Part shown: one piece after another, positions 48,952 through 58,107 of the stretch
How positions within the stretch are numbered: position 1 is the stretch's first letter
Layout of the letters: every line of letters begins with the position of its first letter
IMG/VR virus record: IMGVR_UViG_3300048597_000457
Span: 1 to 64,000 of that record
Source of the DNA: a virus
Reading direction: 5' to 3' (one strand)
DNA length: 64,000 nt
Position numbers and translations under genes: made by a program
Notes under the pieces: model-generated
Database searches by the model: none
Told to the model about the DNA's origin: nothing
What the model saw: only the letters and a program-made list of their open reading frames with translations

Positions 48952-49271
48952 AGGTCACCCCTGATGCTCGTGCCGACGTCGGCGTTGTTGCAGTCGACCG
49001 TGACCGTGTGCCCGTCCCGAATCACCACACTATCGCCCGCGCCGGGGACGACGCCGCCAATGGTCCAGCGGCCACCGGAATACTTCCAGGTGTTCGGGTC
49101 GCTCCAGTTGCCGCTCTGTCGCGACACGATGACCGGACGCGCACGACGACGATCAAAACGGCGCAGGTAGGCCACCAGGAGCACGACCAACACCAGCGAG
49201 ATCACGACGACGGTTGGCGTCATGTGCGACGCAAAGATCGCCGCGTCGAGCATCTCTTCACGCGGGCTCAT
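48948..49271 (-). CDS. membrane-anchored protein with tailspike-like N-terminal beta-helix cap motif
   Basis: TM helix TVVVISLVLVVLLVAYL, then SGNWSDPNTWKYSGGRWTIGGVVPGAGDSVVIRDGHTVTVD. Compare the tailspike 55492..58098 N-terminus, SGNWSSSGQTTWNEVGVPGNGDTVTISYPHEVTIN. Confidence 0.5.
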   Translation of the reverse strand: MSPREEMLDAAIFASHMTPTVVVISLVLVVLLVAYLRRFDRRRARPVIVSRQSGNWSDPNTWKYSGGRWTIGGVVPGAGDSVVIRDGHTVTVDCNNADVGTSIRGDL

Positions 49272-49801
49272 CGCGCACCGTCGTCGCCAGGCACACACGC
49301 GTCGTGGCAGCTGCCGTCGTCACCCGTCTCGCAGTCCGGGTCGCCCTTTGGGCACGGGTCCGTGGTGTCGTCCTCGTCGTCCGGGTACAGCACGGCGAGA
49401 TACGCATTCGGATCGCCGAAGCGCGCTTCGACCGCCGCGTCCAGCAACGCATCAGTGATCGGCACCGGCTCGACGTTGCCACTGCCCGGGATGAACAGGC
49501 GACCCTTGCCCTTCAGGCGCAGGAAATGGCGGAACGGACCCTGACCATCCGGATCCATGCTCTCATGCGTGATCGTTAAGAACGTGCGCAGCTCGCGCCA
49601 CCGCTTGGCGTCCATCTCGACCCGCTCGGCGGCCTGTACCCGCCGCTTGAGATCATCGCGTTCCTCGACCAGCCCGTGAAAGCATTCGCTGTGCTGGTAG
49701 TGATACTGTCCGTCCTTCTCGATCCGTCGCGGCAGATCTGGCGGCAGGTTCGCGCCGCATCGTGCACAGTCATACTTGCCGCGCGTGGGGGAGGCGCTCA
49801 T
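49268..49801 (-). CDS. hypothetical Cys/His- and Asp-rich protein
   Basis: 177 aa from ATG 49801 (ATGA overlap); CARCG...HSECFH. Confidence 0.5.
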   Translation of the reverse strand: MSASPTRGKYDCARCGANLPPDLPRRIEKDGQYHYQHSECFHGLVEERDDLKRRVQAAERVEMDAKRWRELRTFLTITHESMDPDGQGPFRHFLRLKGKGRLFIPGSGNVEPVPITDALLDAAVEARFGDPNAYLAVLYPDDEDDTTDPCPKGDPDCETGDDGSCHDACVPGDDGAR

Positions 49802-50055
49802 GCGACGCACTCCACCACCGCGCGGCGTGGCCGTGATGATTGGTAGGTGATCCGCACATCGCGCATCGTCTTCAGCGTACTTGATAGCGCGAACCGCGAG
49901 CACTGCATGTCGCGCGCGAGTTCCGCGAAAGGCAACGGCCCCAGAGACAGCCAGCGGCGAATGTTCTCGGCCCGCACCGCGCGCGCCATCCGCCGACGCC
50001 TCTGCGGGCGGATGGGTGCGGGGAGCCGACGCGCGGTTTGCATGGTCGCGCTCAT
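49798..50055 (-). CDS. hypothetical protein, possible winged helix
   Basis: 85-aa ORF in the coupled chain. Confidence 0.4.
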   Translation of the reverse strand: MSATMQTARRLPAPIRPQRRRRMARAVRAENIRRWLSLGPLPFAELARDMQCSRFALSSTLKTMRDVRITYQSSRPRRAVVECVA

Positions 50056-50726
50056 CCGCGGCGCAGCCTCGTCGCCCGCACGAGCATCGCCCCCGGCACG
50101 TCCGGCGGCAGGCTGGCCGGATCGAACGTGGGTGCGGGAAGTCCCTTCTTCTCCGCCTGCGCGATCACCTTGTGCTGGGCCGCGATCGCCTTCTCACGCG
50201 CCATCAGGTCCGCTTTGATCGTGTCCTCGTGCACCGTCTCCACCACGGTCGCCGGGACGTGCTCCGTCGTGATGTAGTGGGCCGGCAGCAACGCACGATC
50301 CGTGATGACGAGCTTCGGCGGGTTGTTGACGATGTCGAGCGCGCTGAAGCGCCCCGGGAGCGACCGCCGATTCATGCGCACCATCTGGTCATGCACGAAC
50401 CGGTCGAACCGGTCCGCACGCGCCTGCAGTTTCCGGCGTTTCTCCGCGAGACGCTTCTCTTCCTCGCGCTGGACTGCCGCGTCGGCCTCGAGTCCGTCGA
50501 GATACGCGTTGATGCCATCCGTGTTGTTGAGGATGGCTTCACCGAGCTGGTCGAGCCGCTGCTCCAGCTCCGGGGTGAGCTCGCCGGCGGCCTGCTCCAG
50601 CAGCGCATCGATCAGCAACGATTCGTCGGCGATCTCGCGGATCGTCAGACGGGGTGGCGGCGGTAGCTCGACGAGCTCCGCAGGCCCGTTCGCATCAGTC
50701 TCCAACGACATCACGGCATCGATCAT
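50052..50726 (-). CDS. Siphovirus Gp157-like protein
   Basis: Coiled-coil N-terminal half and ...FSALDIVNNPPKLVITDRALLPAHY...IKADL...GLP...VPGAMLVR layout, as in the Gp157 family. Confidence 0.5.
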   Translation of the reverse strand: MIDAVMSLETDANGPAELVELPPPPRLTIREIADESLLIDALLEQAAGELTPELEQRLDQLGEAILNNTDGINAYLDGLEADAAVQREEEKRLAEKRRKLQARADRFDRFVHDQMVRMNRRSLPGRFSALDIVNNPPKLVITDRALLPAHYITTEHVPATVVETVHEDTIKADLMAREKAIAAQHKVIAQAEKKGLPAPTFDPASLPPDVPGAMLVRATRLRRG

Positions 50727-50801
50727 CGGGAATTCCTCGGGAAGTGGGGAAAAGCGACACGCCGGCCGAGGTGGTGACTCGGTCGGCGCGGTGGGACGGG
50801 A

Positions 50802-51260
50802 CTACGCCACACGGAGCGGGTGCGTCCGGTGGAGTTCGGGCTGATCGGCGTCCAAGCGATCGCCCAGGAACGCGTCGCAGAACTGCTGCAATCGGCGCAT
50901 GAGGCCGCGTCGTGAGGTCGCCGTGATCCATGGCGAGGCGGCGAGCCCGCTCGGAAACACCAGTCGGCCGATGTGATGTGGCGCGGTGCGCACGGACGTC
51001 AGCGTCAGCGCGGCGTCGGGCTCGAGCGCGAGGAAGAAGTGCCGACCACTCAGGATCGCGGGATTCCACTGACCGCACAGACGCACGGGCACCGGGATCT
51101 CCCGACCGTTCGGCTGGCCGAGCAGATAGACCAGTTCGGGCGCGTCGCTGACTTCGATGGCGAAGCCGGGGGCGTCGGTGACCGGGAATCGCCGGAGGCG
51201 CGGCGCACGCATCGCGTCGGCCACGGGCTCGGGTTCGGCGAACGGCGGGGGAGGATTCAT
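50802..51260 (-). CDS. hypothetical protein
   Basis: 152 aa from ATG 51260, exactly 19 nt downstream of motif copy 5. Confidence 0.5.
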   Translation of the reverse strand: MNPPPPFAEPEPVADAMRAPRLRRFPVTDAPGFAIEVSDAPELVYLLGQPNGREIPVPVRLCGQWNPAILSGRHFFLALEPDAALTLTSVRTAPHHIGRLVFPSGLAASPWITATSRRGLMRRLQQFCDAFLGDRLDADQPELHRTHPLRVA

Positions 51261-51279
51261 GCCCCGAACATGCGCGCAC

Positions 51280-51296
51280 CGTGCCAAAAGCGCAAG
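51280..51296 (-). promoter_or_regulatory. conserved motif copy 5 (gene-sense): CTTGCGCTTTTGGCACG
   Basis: 2 nt after the stop of ORF 51299..51481. Reads motif-GTGCGCGCATGTTCGGGGC-ATG(50802 gene). Confidence 0.55.
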
Positions 51297-51298
51297 AG

Positions 51299-51481
51299 TC
51301 ACCCCGCCGCCGGTGGGTTCGGTGGGTCGTTCGGCGGGGCCGCTGGGGGCGTCTGGGCGTCCGGGTCCTGGCCGAGAATCCGCGTGAGATCCTCGTCACG
51401 CCAGAGGATCATCGCGTCGAGGTCCCCGTGAGACGGAGCCAACGGCGCCGACGGCATCGCCGGCCGGGATCGGCGTGGCAC
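51299..51481 (-). CDS. hypothetical small Pro-rich protein
   Basis: 60-aa ORF. Weak support. Confidence 0.3.
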   Translation of the reverse strand: MPRRSRPAMPSAPLAPSHGDLDAMILWRDEDLTRILGQDPDAQTPPAAPPNDPPNPPAAG

Positions 51482-51484
51482 GAC

Positions 51485-51865
51485 CTATCGCACCACGGCG
51501 AGTCCGACGATCCCGACCGGTTCGTAGGGATGGCCGAGCCCACCGTCCCCGCGGCAGAGACCACGGTCATCACGCCGCGGCCATTGCCCGCAGACGCTGC
51601 AGCGCGGCGCGTAGTCGCTGGTCGACGGCCGCGGTCCGTTGGCCTCGAGTTGGCGCGCCCGGGCTTCGTCGTTGTCGATCGAGCGCTGCATCCGCTCGTC
51701 GCTGATCGTCGAGGGGCCCCGCGATCGCGCACGCTCGCTGCGGCGCATCGCCTGGGCCGCCTCGTGCACCTCCACGGGACGCAGCGCCCGGGTGGGTGGT
51801 GTCGGTGACACCGTGGCCGCTGCCGCAGCCGGCACCGGCGAAGGCGTGGAGCGGGTGACCATCAC
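51485..51865 (-). CDS. hypothetical protein
   Basis: 126-aa ORF, 4-nt overlap with the upstream gene. Confidence 0.45.
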   Translation of the reverse strand: MMVTRSTPSPVPAAAAATVSPTPPTRALRPVEVHEAAQAMRRSERARSRGPSTISDERMQRSIDNDEARARQLEANGPRPSTSDYAPRCSVCGQWPRRDDRGLCRGDGGLGHPYEPVGIVGLAVVR

Positions 51866-52251
51866 GGCCTCAGCGTAGACGGTGGATCATCGACCACGAC
51901 GCGACGTGGCGACCACGCAGTGCCAGCGAGCGTGCGCTCGTATGGGGAGAGCGACGCCACCAGGTACCACGGGCCCGGATGCGTCGTGAGGCATCGCGTG
52001 ACGTCGCCCGGGTCGAGCGCGAGCTCCAGTTCGCCGTGCGCGTCCGCGAGACAGTGCGCCCCCAGCGTCGGAGCGATGGGGACGGCGGGTTCACTCGGCG
52101 CCGCACACAGTCCAACAAACGCCGAGCGGCCCGCACCGCCCACCCAGCGACCGAGGGAGAGTCGCACGGGCGCGCGCGGATCTCGCAGCACCTCTGGCGC
52201 GAGGCGCACGATCGGGTACGCCTCGACCACGTCGGCCATTGGCTTGGCCAT
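51862..52251 (-). CDS. hypothetical protein
   Basis: 129-aa ORF. Confidence 0.45.
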   Translation of the reverse strand: MAKPMADVVEAYPIVRLAPEVLRDPRAPVRLSLGRWVGGAGRSAFVGLCAAPSEPAVPIAPTLGAHCLADAHGELELALDPGDVTRCLTTHPGPWYLVASLSPYERTLAGTAWSPRRVVVDDPPSTLRP

Positions 52252-52263
52252 CGTCAGCTCCAG

Positions 52264-52983
52264 TTAGGCGGTGGGACGTTCTTTGGTCACGGTCAGCTGC
52301 GCGGCCGCGCGAAACTGCTGACCCACCTTCGCGATCGCGTAGATCGGGCTCCCAGCGCTCAAATGCGCGGAGATGTTGCTCCCTTCAAATCCGCCGACGA
52401 ACTCCCCGTTTGCGATTTCGGTGAGCCCCGTGCCCACCGCGAGGGCGAGCGACCCGTGCGCCGCCGTCGCGGCAATGGTGTTGGTGGTCGAGAGGAACAC
52501 CTCCAGCGCGGCGCCAGCCCAATCCTCGAGCTGTCCATCCGTGACGCGCTGACGGGTGAGCTTGAGCCGGAAGAAGAAGTCGTTCTCCCAGCGAATCGCG
52601 GTCGGGAATCCCGTGAGGGGGCGCACCGCTTTCACCACGACCGCGGGCCCGACCTCGTGGTAGTCGGCTCCACTCACAAAGTGCGGATACAGCGGGGTCT
52701 GCCCGGCGACGTACGCCGCGGCATACGTGGTGATGTCCGCGCCAAGCAATTCCGCCCAGTAGCGCGCCGTGCTGCCTTCCTCGGTGAACGACCACGAGAG
52801 GCCGGTGAGCGGCGACGCGTCGACGTCGTCGCTGAGCGCGAGGTAGCCGGTCAGTGTCTTGCCGGTGAACAGCCCTTCGACGCCCGTCGCAAACGCACGC
52901 GCGCGCATGGCGCTGGTGGGGTCCAGCGGATCGTTGGTGCCCAGCACCACACTGTTGTCGAGGTACAGCTCGGGGAGAATCAT
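52264..52983 (-). CDS. hypothetical virion-associated protein
   Basis: 239-aa ORF downstream of the repeat-containing fibre gene. Confidence 0.5.
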   Translation of the reverse strand: MILPELYLDNSVVLGTNDPLDPTSAMRARAFATGVEGLFTGKTLTGYLALSDDVDASPLTGLSWSFTEEGSTARYWAELLGADITTYAAAYVAGQTPLYPHFVSGADYHEVGPAVVVKAVRPLTGFPTAIRWENDFFFRLKLTRQRVTDGQLEDWAGAALEVFLSTTNTIAATAAHGSLALAVGTGLTEIANGEFVGGFEGSNISAHLSAGSPIYAIAKVGQQFRAAAQLTVTKERPTA

Positions 52984-53009
52984 GAGAGCTCGGCTCTGGC
53001 TGAAGAAGT

Positions 53010-53086
53010 CACGTCGGTCCGCACGTCGGTCCGCACGTCGGTCCGCACGTCAGGTCGCATCACGCCGGCATCAGGCTGGCATCACG
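53010..53086. repeat. intergenic tandem repeat, 12-bp unit CACGTCGGTCCG x3 perfect, decaying into 11-12-bp variants
   Basis: Perfect units at 53010-53021, 53022-53033 and 53034-53045. Then CACGTCAGGTCG, CATCACGCCGG, CATCAGGCTGG and CATCACG. Confidence 0.8.
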
Positions 53087-54635
53087 TATCGCTCGCGATC
53101 GCGCGCGCCCGCAGCGCGGCATCCGGAGCGGCGCGCACGGCGTCGGCGCCGGTGGCCACCGCGATCGTGCGCAGCGCGCCCGTGACCGCAGCCGTCACCG
53201 CATCCGACCCGGCGGCGATCCCGATCGATCGCAGCGCAGCCTGCACGGCGGCATGGACCGCACTGTCCGCGATCGCGACGACCCCCACGCGGAGGCCGGC
53301 CGACGGATCGGCCCACACGTACCCCGAGAAACTCGGGATCGCGAGCACCGCCGTGTGCACCACCACCAGGCTCGTGGCGGCGGCCAGCGGCTTGGGCACC
53401 GTCAGGTCGGCCGTCGGCGTCATCGCCAACGTCGTGTTCGCCGCCAGCGCCTTCTCAATCGAGAGCGCGGCGGTGTGGCTCGCACTGCTACTGCTGCTCG
53501 CGGCCAAGGGCTTCGGCACGCCCAGCGCGGCGGTGTGGTCACTCGTACTCACGCTCTCGGCCGCCAGCGCCTTCGGCACCGAGAGATTCGCCGTATGACT
53601 GCTGCTGGTGGTGCTGTCGGCGGCCAGCGGCTTGTCGACCGCGAGCGCCGCCGCATGACTGCTGGTGCTCGTGCTCGCGGCGGACAACGGCTTCGGCACG
53701 CCCAGTGACGCGCTGTGACTGCTCGTGCTGCTGCTGTCCGCGCTGATCGGCGCCAACACCGTCAACGTCGCGCTGTGGCTACTCGTGCTGGTGCTGTCAG
53801 CCGCCAGCGGCTTCTCAACGGTCAGGGATGCCGTATGCGTCGCGCTCGACGAGACGGCGGCCGCCAGGGCCACCGGCGCCGCCAATTCCGCCGTGTGCGT
53901 GCTCGTGCTGACGCTGTCAGCCGCGAGGGGCTTGGGGACCGTCAATGACGCCGTGTGACTGCTCGCGGCACTGCTGTCGGCGGCCAGCGGCTTTGCCACC
54001 GTCAGGGCGGCGGTGTGCGTCGCACTGCTGCTACTATCTGCGGCCAGTGGCTTCGGCACCGTGAGCGATGCCGTGTGCGTCGCGGTTGACGTGCTCGCCG
54101 CTGACAGCGGCTTCGGAACCGTCAGCGCGGCGGTATGCGCGCTCGTCGCACTGCTCGATGCCGCGAGCGGCTTCGGGACCGTCAGGGCCGCTGTGTGCGA
54201 ACTATTGGCCGTGCTGGCCGCCGCGAGCGGCTTCGGCACCGTGAGCGCCGCCGTATGGCTGCTGCTCGCGACACTGTCGGCCGCGAGGACCGCACCGCTG
54301 CCGCCACCAACGACTTCGATGCCGGTGACATCGACACTGATCTCACTGACGTCGATCTGTCCGTACGCACCGACCTTGATTGCAACGACGCGCAACGCCG
54401 TAACATCCGTGACCGTCGCCAGCTCACCTTCGGTCAGCGTGAACTCGCTTTCGATCCCCGCGTCAGTGCTCTCGAACGTCCGGGTCGCGATCAGCGTGGC
54501 GCCTTCGCGCAGCTCGACGGTCAGCCTCCGGTCGTCAAACGCGGCGCGTTGCGTGATCGACGCCGTGCCAGGCGCCGACCAGGCATCACTTCCGCCACGG
54601 ATCGGCGGGGCCAGCGGAGCGCGCCACGGAGACAC
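53082..54635 (-). CDS. tail-fibre-like protein with sixteen 20-aa tandem repeats
   Basis: Repeat consensus SSHTAALTVPKPLAADSxSx; His recurs every 20 residues from aa 127 to 427. Confidence 0.6.
   Translation of the reverse strand: MSPWRAPLAPPIRGGSDAWSAPGTASITQRAAFDDRRLTVELREGATLIATRTFESTDAGIESEFTLTEGELATVTDVTALRVVAIKVGAYGQIDVSEISVDVTGIEVVGGGSGAVLAADSVASSSHTAALTVPKPLAAASTANSSHTAALTVPKPLAASSSATSAHTAALTVPKPLSAASTSTATHTASLTVPKPLAADSSSSATHTAALTVAKPLAADSSAASSHTASLTVPKPLAADSVSTSTHTAELAAPVALAAAVSSSATHTASLTVEKPLAADSTSTSSHSATLTVLAPISADSSSTSSHSASLGVPKPLSAASTSTSSHAAALAVDKPLAADSTTSSSHTANLSVPKALAAESVSTSDHTAALGVPKPLAASSSSSASHTAALSIEKALAANTTLAMTPTADLTVPKPLAAATSLVVVHTAVLAIPSFSGYVWADPSAGLRVGVVAIADSAVHAAVQAALRSIGIAAGSDAVTAAVTGALRTIAVATGADAVRAAPDAALRARAIASDT
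53328..54287. repeat. 16 x 60-bp in-frame tandem repeats inside the fibre gene
   Basis: Derived from the 20-aa periodicity (aa about 117-436). Confidence 0.8.
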
Positions 54636-54641
54636 GCTGGG

Positions 54642-55469
54642 CTATCCCTGAATCAGCTTGAAATTGCCGTACAACGTACCGGTCGACGTCGTGCCGCAGA
54701 TCATGATGGGGAACAGGCATGCGTCGTCGTGGATGCGCGGCAAGCCAAGCAGCGCCCAATCGTACACCGACCCCGCATTCGCGAGCCCGAGACTCATCCC
54801 GCACAGCGAGCGTGTCGCCGTGATGCCGTAGCTGCCGGCCGTACCCGTCGTGGCCGACTGCTGCACCGACTGGATCGACTGAATAAACTCGCCACCGTTT
54901 CCGATGATCTGGAACATCCGCGAGTCTTGGTTTGCGGGCGACGCGCCGCCAATCGACAAAGTTGTCGTGCGCCCACTGGTTCCGGCCGCGTTGGTGTAGG
55001 TCACCGTGAGTGTGACAGCGGTCGTTCCGATGTCGGTGTAAATCTCCACCCACCACTGCACGTCGCTGTAGTCGCTCGCGCCGCGCCGGTTGGCGAGGTT
55101 GTTGCTGCTGCCCGACACGTCCACACTGACGGTCTGCGATCCGGTGCTTGTGCCGCTCAACCCGCCCATGTGCGCGAGTCGATCATGAAGCTGTACGTCT
55201 GTCGCGCTGTTTCCGCTCACCAGGAAGCCGCGTGCGATGTAGCTCTTGACGGGATCGGTCGGGTTGTTGAACGACATGGCGCCCGTCAACGCCTTGGTGC
55301 ACACCGCGGCGGCACCGGGAATCGCCCCCTGCGCCGGGGTGCCGGTGCCGCGCCAGAGCGACGAGAACCCTCCCGCCAGCTGGTTGGCGATGCTGGCGCG
55401 GTTCACGATGAGTGTTTGCGCGTTGTTCGCCAGCGCGTCAATCAAGCCGTCAAGGTTGCTGATGGTCAT
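54642..55469 (-). CDS. hypothetical tail/host-recognition module protein
   Basis: 275-aa Ser/Thr/Gly-rich ORF between the tailspike and fibre genes. Confidence 0.5.
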   Translation of the reverse strand: MTISNLDGLIDALANNAQTLIVNRASIANQLAGGFSSLWRGTGTPAQGAIPGAAAVCTKALTGAMSFNNPTDPVKSYIARGFLVSGNSATDVQLHDRLAHMGGLSGTSTGSQTVSVDVSGSSNNLANRRGASDYSDVQWWVEIYTDIGTTAVTLTVTYTNAAGTSGRTTTLSIGGASPANQDSRMFQIIGNGGEFIQSIQSVQQSATTGTAGSYGITATRSLCGMSLGLANAGSVYDWALLGLPRIHDDACLFPIMICGTTSTGTLYGNFKLIQG

Positions 55470-55491
55470 GGCGTGAGGTTCCTGGTGAATG

Positions 55492-58098
55492 TCATGCGAG
55501 GCGGTGCCGAATCCGAACGGCGATCCTGTCGATGCTGTCGAAGGCTGGCGAAGGATCGCCTAAGGTCAACGTCGCGACCGCTCCCTCGGCGGTTGCACTC
55601 ATGAAGGTCGCGTCATCCGCATCGCTCGTGTCCCCGTCGAGCGTGGTATCGCTCGCGGTCCAACCGCTGCTGCTGACGATGCCGTTGGGCACCAGTGTTT
55701 GCAGCACCAACGCCGTGCGAACCACCCATGCGACCTGCATCCATTCGGGCGACGGATTCCCTGCCGTGCGCGTCCACGACATGACCTCGGTGCCATTCTG
55801 CGGCACCTGCTGCGAGGACCAGTTGTTGTAACTCCCCGCCGTCTCGTCGATGATCTTGTCTTGATCTGCGCCGGGATGCGTGACGGGGCTGCTGTTGCCA
55901 GCATAGCCGGCGTCGAGCACCAGATCGTATTGCGCCGCCGTCAGCGTGTCGCTCTTGCTCGCGGCGGAACCCGTCTGTGTCTGCTGCACCGTGCCGCGCG
56001 TCGGATCACTCTGACTGACGTTGTGCAGCACCCACACGGCTTTGTGGTACACGCTCCCGGCACCAGCCACCGTCACATCGAACGTACCGACGTCGGGGCC
56101 TTCCAGTTGCCACAGGGTCGCGGTGTAGCCGTAGCTCATGATCTTCGTGAACGACTGGCCGTTCCGCGACACGCCGGTCGGATCGCTCGACGAACGAATC
56201 AGCACGAACACGCACCCGTTCGGCTTCGCGGGCACCTCGACGCCGGCCAGCGTGTCCGTGTTGGTGGTGTCGCTGTAGACGTGATCGCGGATCACGCCCT
56301 TGTACCCTTCGAGCGCGCCGATCCAGCTCCCCACTTCGGTGTCGTGCGCGGCCTTGATCTGCGGGTACACGGTGGCATCGGGCGTCCAGCCGTCGCGTAT
56401 CCACGAAATCAGCTCAAGGATACTGACGTTCGGGTCGTAATTCGGGTCCGCAGGATTCGGAATTGCCGCGATCGCATTCACGACCGCCGCGATCTTCGTG
56501 GCGTTGCTGTCGCTCGCCAGCGCCAGCCCTCGGGCCACCGCATAGGTCGCGATGTTGCGCGTCGAGTCGACGAACGGCAAGCCCGTGATGTTGGTCACGT
56601 CAGTCGTGCTGGCGTTGGGCGCGACAGAGAAGACGGCCGCCGCCTGAATGCCGATGTAGCGCGGGTACGTGGTGTTGCTGTATCCGGCGTGCGCGCCCGT
56701 GACGTTGCACGTGAGGTTGTTGCCGACGCCGGACGGCGTAGCGATATCCGTGCGCCCCGAGTAGGCGTTGGAGCGCGTGAACAACGCCCCAGGACCCGCT
56801 GTCATCCGATAGCCGATGTTGCCCTTGATCGACGTGAACGTGCCGACGGCGGTGTCACCAATCTCGGCGCACGCGATGCCGTCCTGCCCCGAGCCGAGCG
56901 CGAACGTGCAGTGCTCAACACTCACCGCGTTCACCGCTCCCGCGTTCACGAAGCATCCGCCGCACTCGCCGTCCGGCAGGTTGGGGAGCGCCAGCATCCG
57001 GCGCAGCGCGAACGTCGTCGCGCCTTCCACGAAAATCTGATCGCCCTGGCTATCGCCCACGTTCGGCTGGATAACCCAATCTTCCACCGTGATCGTCGCC
57101 GGCCGGTTGTCCTGAGAAAACGAGACGTAGTGCGGGTTCGACGCCGCCGCGTTGTCGTACAGGAAAAACGTGGGGCCGTAGGTCGAACACGCAGGGAGGA
57201 CGACGCCACCGCCGCCACCGCCCGCTGTGCGGCGCACGAACACTCCGTTCCACCCTTCGCACTTCGCGTCGGTGTTCACCGTGATGCCACTCATGAACGA
57301 CACGCGGTTTGCGATCAGCTCCTTGTCGTACCAGTTGACGTCAGCCCAGAACGTCACGTCCTGCAAGAGCCGCGTGCCGGTCGGCGTCCCGTTTTCATAG
57401 GTGCCATCCCACTGCCACGTCCCGCCCAAAAACTGCGTGCGCTCAATGAGAAAGTCGTCGGCCAGGAAATAGGTGCTCGGCCGGATGTCGGGGCAGTTTG
57501 CGCCGAACACCGTGTCCACCGCACGCCAGTTCGCGAAGTTGGCGTCGGCGTCGATCGTGCTCATGTTGTCGATCTCGGCGAAGCTGAGGTCGACAGAGAA
57601 GCCACCGAACCCGTTCGCGAAGATGTACCCAGGTAGCGCGCCGCCCGTGAGGATGCTGCCGATCCGCGCACGGTTGTTCTCGTCCGTGCCCGTCATCTTC
57701 AAGACCGCCGTGCGGCCTGTGCCGATGTTGGGCGACTCACCGCGCAGGTAATACTCAGTCGTGGACGGCGAAGCCGAAACCGACGAGTCAAGGTCGAACT
57801 CGCCGGTTCCGTCGATCCAGAACATGCCGCCGTTGACGAACACATCGCCGCGAGAGAGGAGCGAACCCCCAGTCACGATTTTCAGCGTGCCGCGCTGACC
57901 GATGCCACTGTCGGTGATGGTGATGGCGACGGTCCCCGAGACGCCGGACCCGCCAACGATCACCGCGCCATTGATCGTGACTTCGTGCGGGTAGCTGATC
58001 GTGACCGTGTCGCCATTGCCGGGCACGCCGACTTCGTTCCACGTCGTTTGCCCTGACGAGGACCAGTTGCCACTCGCTTTCGACGTGAACGCGGCCAC
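55492..58098 (-). CDS. tailspike/tail fibre with right-handed beta-helix character
   Basis: 868 aa. N-terminal SGNWSSSGQTTWNEVGVPGNGDTVTI cap motif and a long Gly/Asn/Thr/Val-rich repetitive core. Confidence 0.55.
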   Translation of the reverse strand: MAAFTSKASGNWSSSGQTTWNEVGVPGNGDTVTISYPHEVTINGAVIVGGSGVSGTVAITITDSGIGQRGTLKIVTGGSLLSRGDVFVNGGMFWIDGTGEFDLDSSVSASPSTTEYYLRGESPNIGTGRTAVLKMTGTDENNRARIGSILTGGALPGYIFANGFGGFSVDLSFAEIDNMSTIDADANFANWRAVDTVFGANCPDIRPSTYFLADDFLIERTQFLGGTWQWDGTYENGTPTGTRLLQDVTFWADVNWYDKELIANRVSFMSGITVNTDAKCEGWNGVFVRRTAGGGGGGVVLPACSTYGPTFFLYDNAAASNPHYVSFSQDNRPATITVEDWVIQPNVGDSQGDQIFVEGATTFALRRMLALPNLPDGECGGCFVNAGAVNAVSVEHCTFALGSGQDGIACAEIGDTAVGTFTSIKGNIGYRMTAGPGALFTRSNAYSGRTDIATPSGVGNNLTCNVTGAHAGYSNTTYPRYIGIQAAAVFSVAPNASTTDVTNITGLPFVDSTRNIATYAVARGLALASDSNATKIAAVVNAIAAIPNPADPNYDPNVSILELISWIRDGWTPDATVYPQIKAAHDTEVGSWIGALEGYKGVIRDHVYSDTTNTDTLAGVEVPAKPNGCVFVLIRSSSDPTGVSRNGQSFTKIMSYGYTATLWQLEGPDVGTFDVTVAGAGSVYHKAVWVLHNVSQSDPTRGTVQQTQTGSAASKSDTLTAAQYDLVLDAGYAGNSSPVTHPGADQDKIIDETAGSYNNWSSQQVPQNGTEVMSWTRTAGNPSPEWMQVAWVVRTALVLQTLVPNGIVSSSGWTASDTTLDGDTSDADDATFMSATAEGAVATLTLGDPSPAFDSIDRIAVRIRHRLA

Positions 58099-58107
58099 GC
58101 GGCAGCG

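Noticed and set aside
51257-51271. A four-codon mini-ORF (ATG TTC GGG GCA TGA, MFGA) between motif copy 5 and the ATG at 51260. The same ATGTTCGGGGC follows motif copy 3.
   Set aside because: The shared bases are more simply explained as part of the conserved promoter-proximal DNA sequence. In copy 3 the same ATG is in-frame with a long ORF, so no consistent peptide is encoded.
53328-54287. Possibility that the regular repeat arrays (60-bp, 12-bp and 5-bp periods) are CRISPR arrays.
   Set aside because: There are no unique spacers between repeats. The 60-bp units are contiguous, in-frame and diverged (a protein repeat). The other arrays have periods far too short. No cas genes are present.
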